A stretch of DNA of 26,015 bases from Candidatus Bathyarchaeia archaeon. GTDB lineage: Archaea; Thermoproteota; CALKCG01; B24; DRYS01. The stretch is from assembly GCA_038857155.1 (NCBI GenBank), contig JAWCGL010000001.1:573-26587 (forward strand), given 5' to 3'. A program made the position numbers and the translations under genes. Shown piece after piece: positions 25,726-26,015 of this stretch. The notes under the pieces are model-generated. The model saw only the letters and a list, made by a program, of their open reading frames with translations. It did not search any database and was not told where the DNA came from. Within the stretch, counting starts at the first letter, position 1, and the number at the start of each line of letters is the position of its first letter.

Positions 25726-26015
25726 TTGGATAATGGATACTACTCTCTATCGTTAGAGGATCTCTGCGATCTAGCTGTGAAGCTAGGAGCTAAAACCGCT
25801 AGGATCCTAGGATCTGGGGATATCGTAGTCGCAGATTGGGTTCGACTTAAATGTATGTATGGATGTGGTGGCTACGGTGAGAAGCTTACATGCCCACCAT
25901 ACTCTCCGACACCAGAGGAGACTAGGAGGATACTTAGATCGTATGAATACTGTATACTGGTAGAGTTCCCGCCTGAAGCTGATATCCATAGGGTTATGGC
26001 TAGACTTGAGAGGGA
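25726..26015 (+). CDS. DUF2284 family Cys-rich predicted metal-binding protein, truncated at the window end (absent from the ORF track)
   Basis: TTG 25726 with RBS AGGTGG (25714-25719). Open to the end: MDNGYYSLSLEDLCDLAVKLGAKTARIL...WVRLKCMYGCGGYGEKLTCPPYSPTPEETRRILRSY... Confidence 0.85.
   Translation, partial: MDNGYYSLSLEDLCDLAVKLGAKTARILGSGDIVVADWVRLKCMYGCGGYGEKLTCPPYSPTPEETRRILRSYEYCILVEFPPEADIHRVMARLER

Noticed and set aside
556-25989. Many short alternative-frame and antisense ORFs in the track (e.g. 556..759, 5584..6126, 8838..9200, 11105..11341, 15478..15738, 22015..22338, 24505..24933, 25807..25989)
   Set aside because: They lie wholly or mostly within well-supported genes, are Ser/Ile/Leu-rich shadow translations, and carry no family motifs.
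1-26015. CRISPR array, rRNA, IS/transposase or defence-system genes
   Set aside because: No regularly spaced repeats, rRNA-like tracts, terminal inverted repeats or corresponding protein motifs were seen.

Overview
Archaeal chromosomal window. It is TACK-like; cdvA/B/C, mer, npdG, a URO-D-family gene and an archaeal tRNA are compatible with a Bathyarchaeia-type organism, which is an inference. Left to right: a truncated unknown CDS, an M24 peptidase, a small basic protein, and tRNA-Ala(CGC) followed by a decayed AT-richer islet (integrase-like remnant, broken membrane-protein gene, intact CPBP protease). Next come a four-gene ESCRT/Cdv division cluster (ESCRT-III, cdvA, cdvB, cdvC), npdG, a hypothetical, a candidate promoter-driven box C/D sRNA, an Lhr helicase, an Ard1/RimI acetyltransferase, pyrE, a discriminating-type aspS, a small ORF and mer. 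These are followed by a Thermotoga-type inositol catabolic cluster (iolG-iolM-iolN-iolO-like), a membrane transglutaminase-like protein, an aspartokinase homologue with degenerate catalytic motifs coupled to a TIGR00300/AgrE-type ornithine cyclodeaminase homologue, a URO-D-family protein and a truncated DUF2284 gene. The most interesting signals are the putative pseudo-aspartokinase/cyclodeaminase pair, the archaeal Thermotoga-like inositol pathway and the unannotated C/D-like RNA. All family assignments come from motif recognition; no database search was run.
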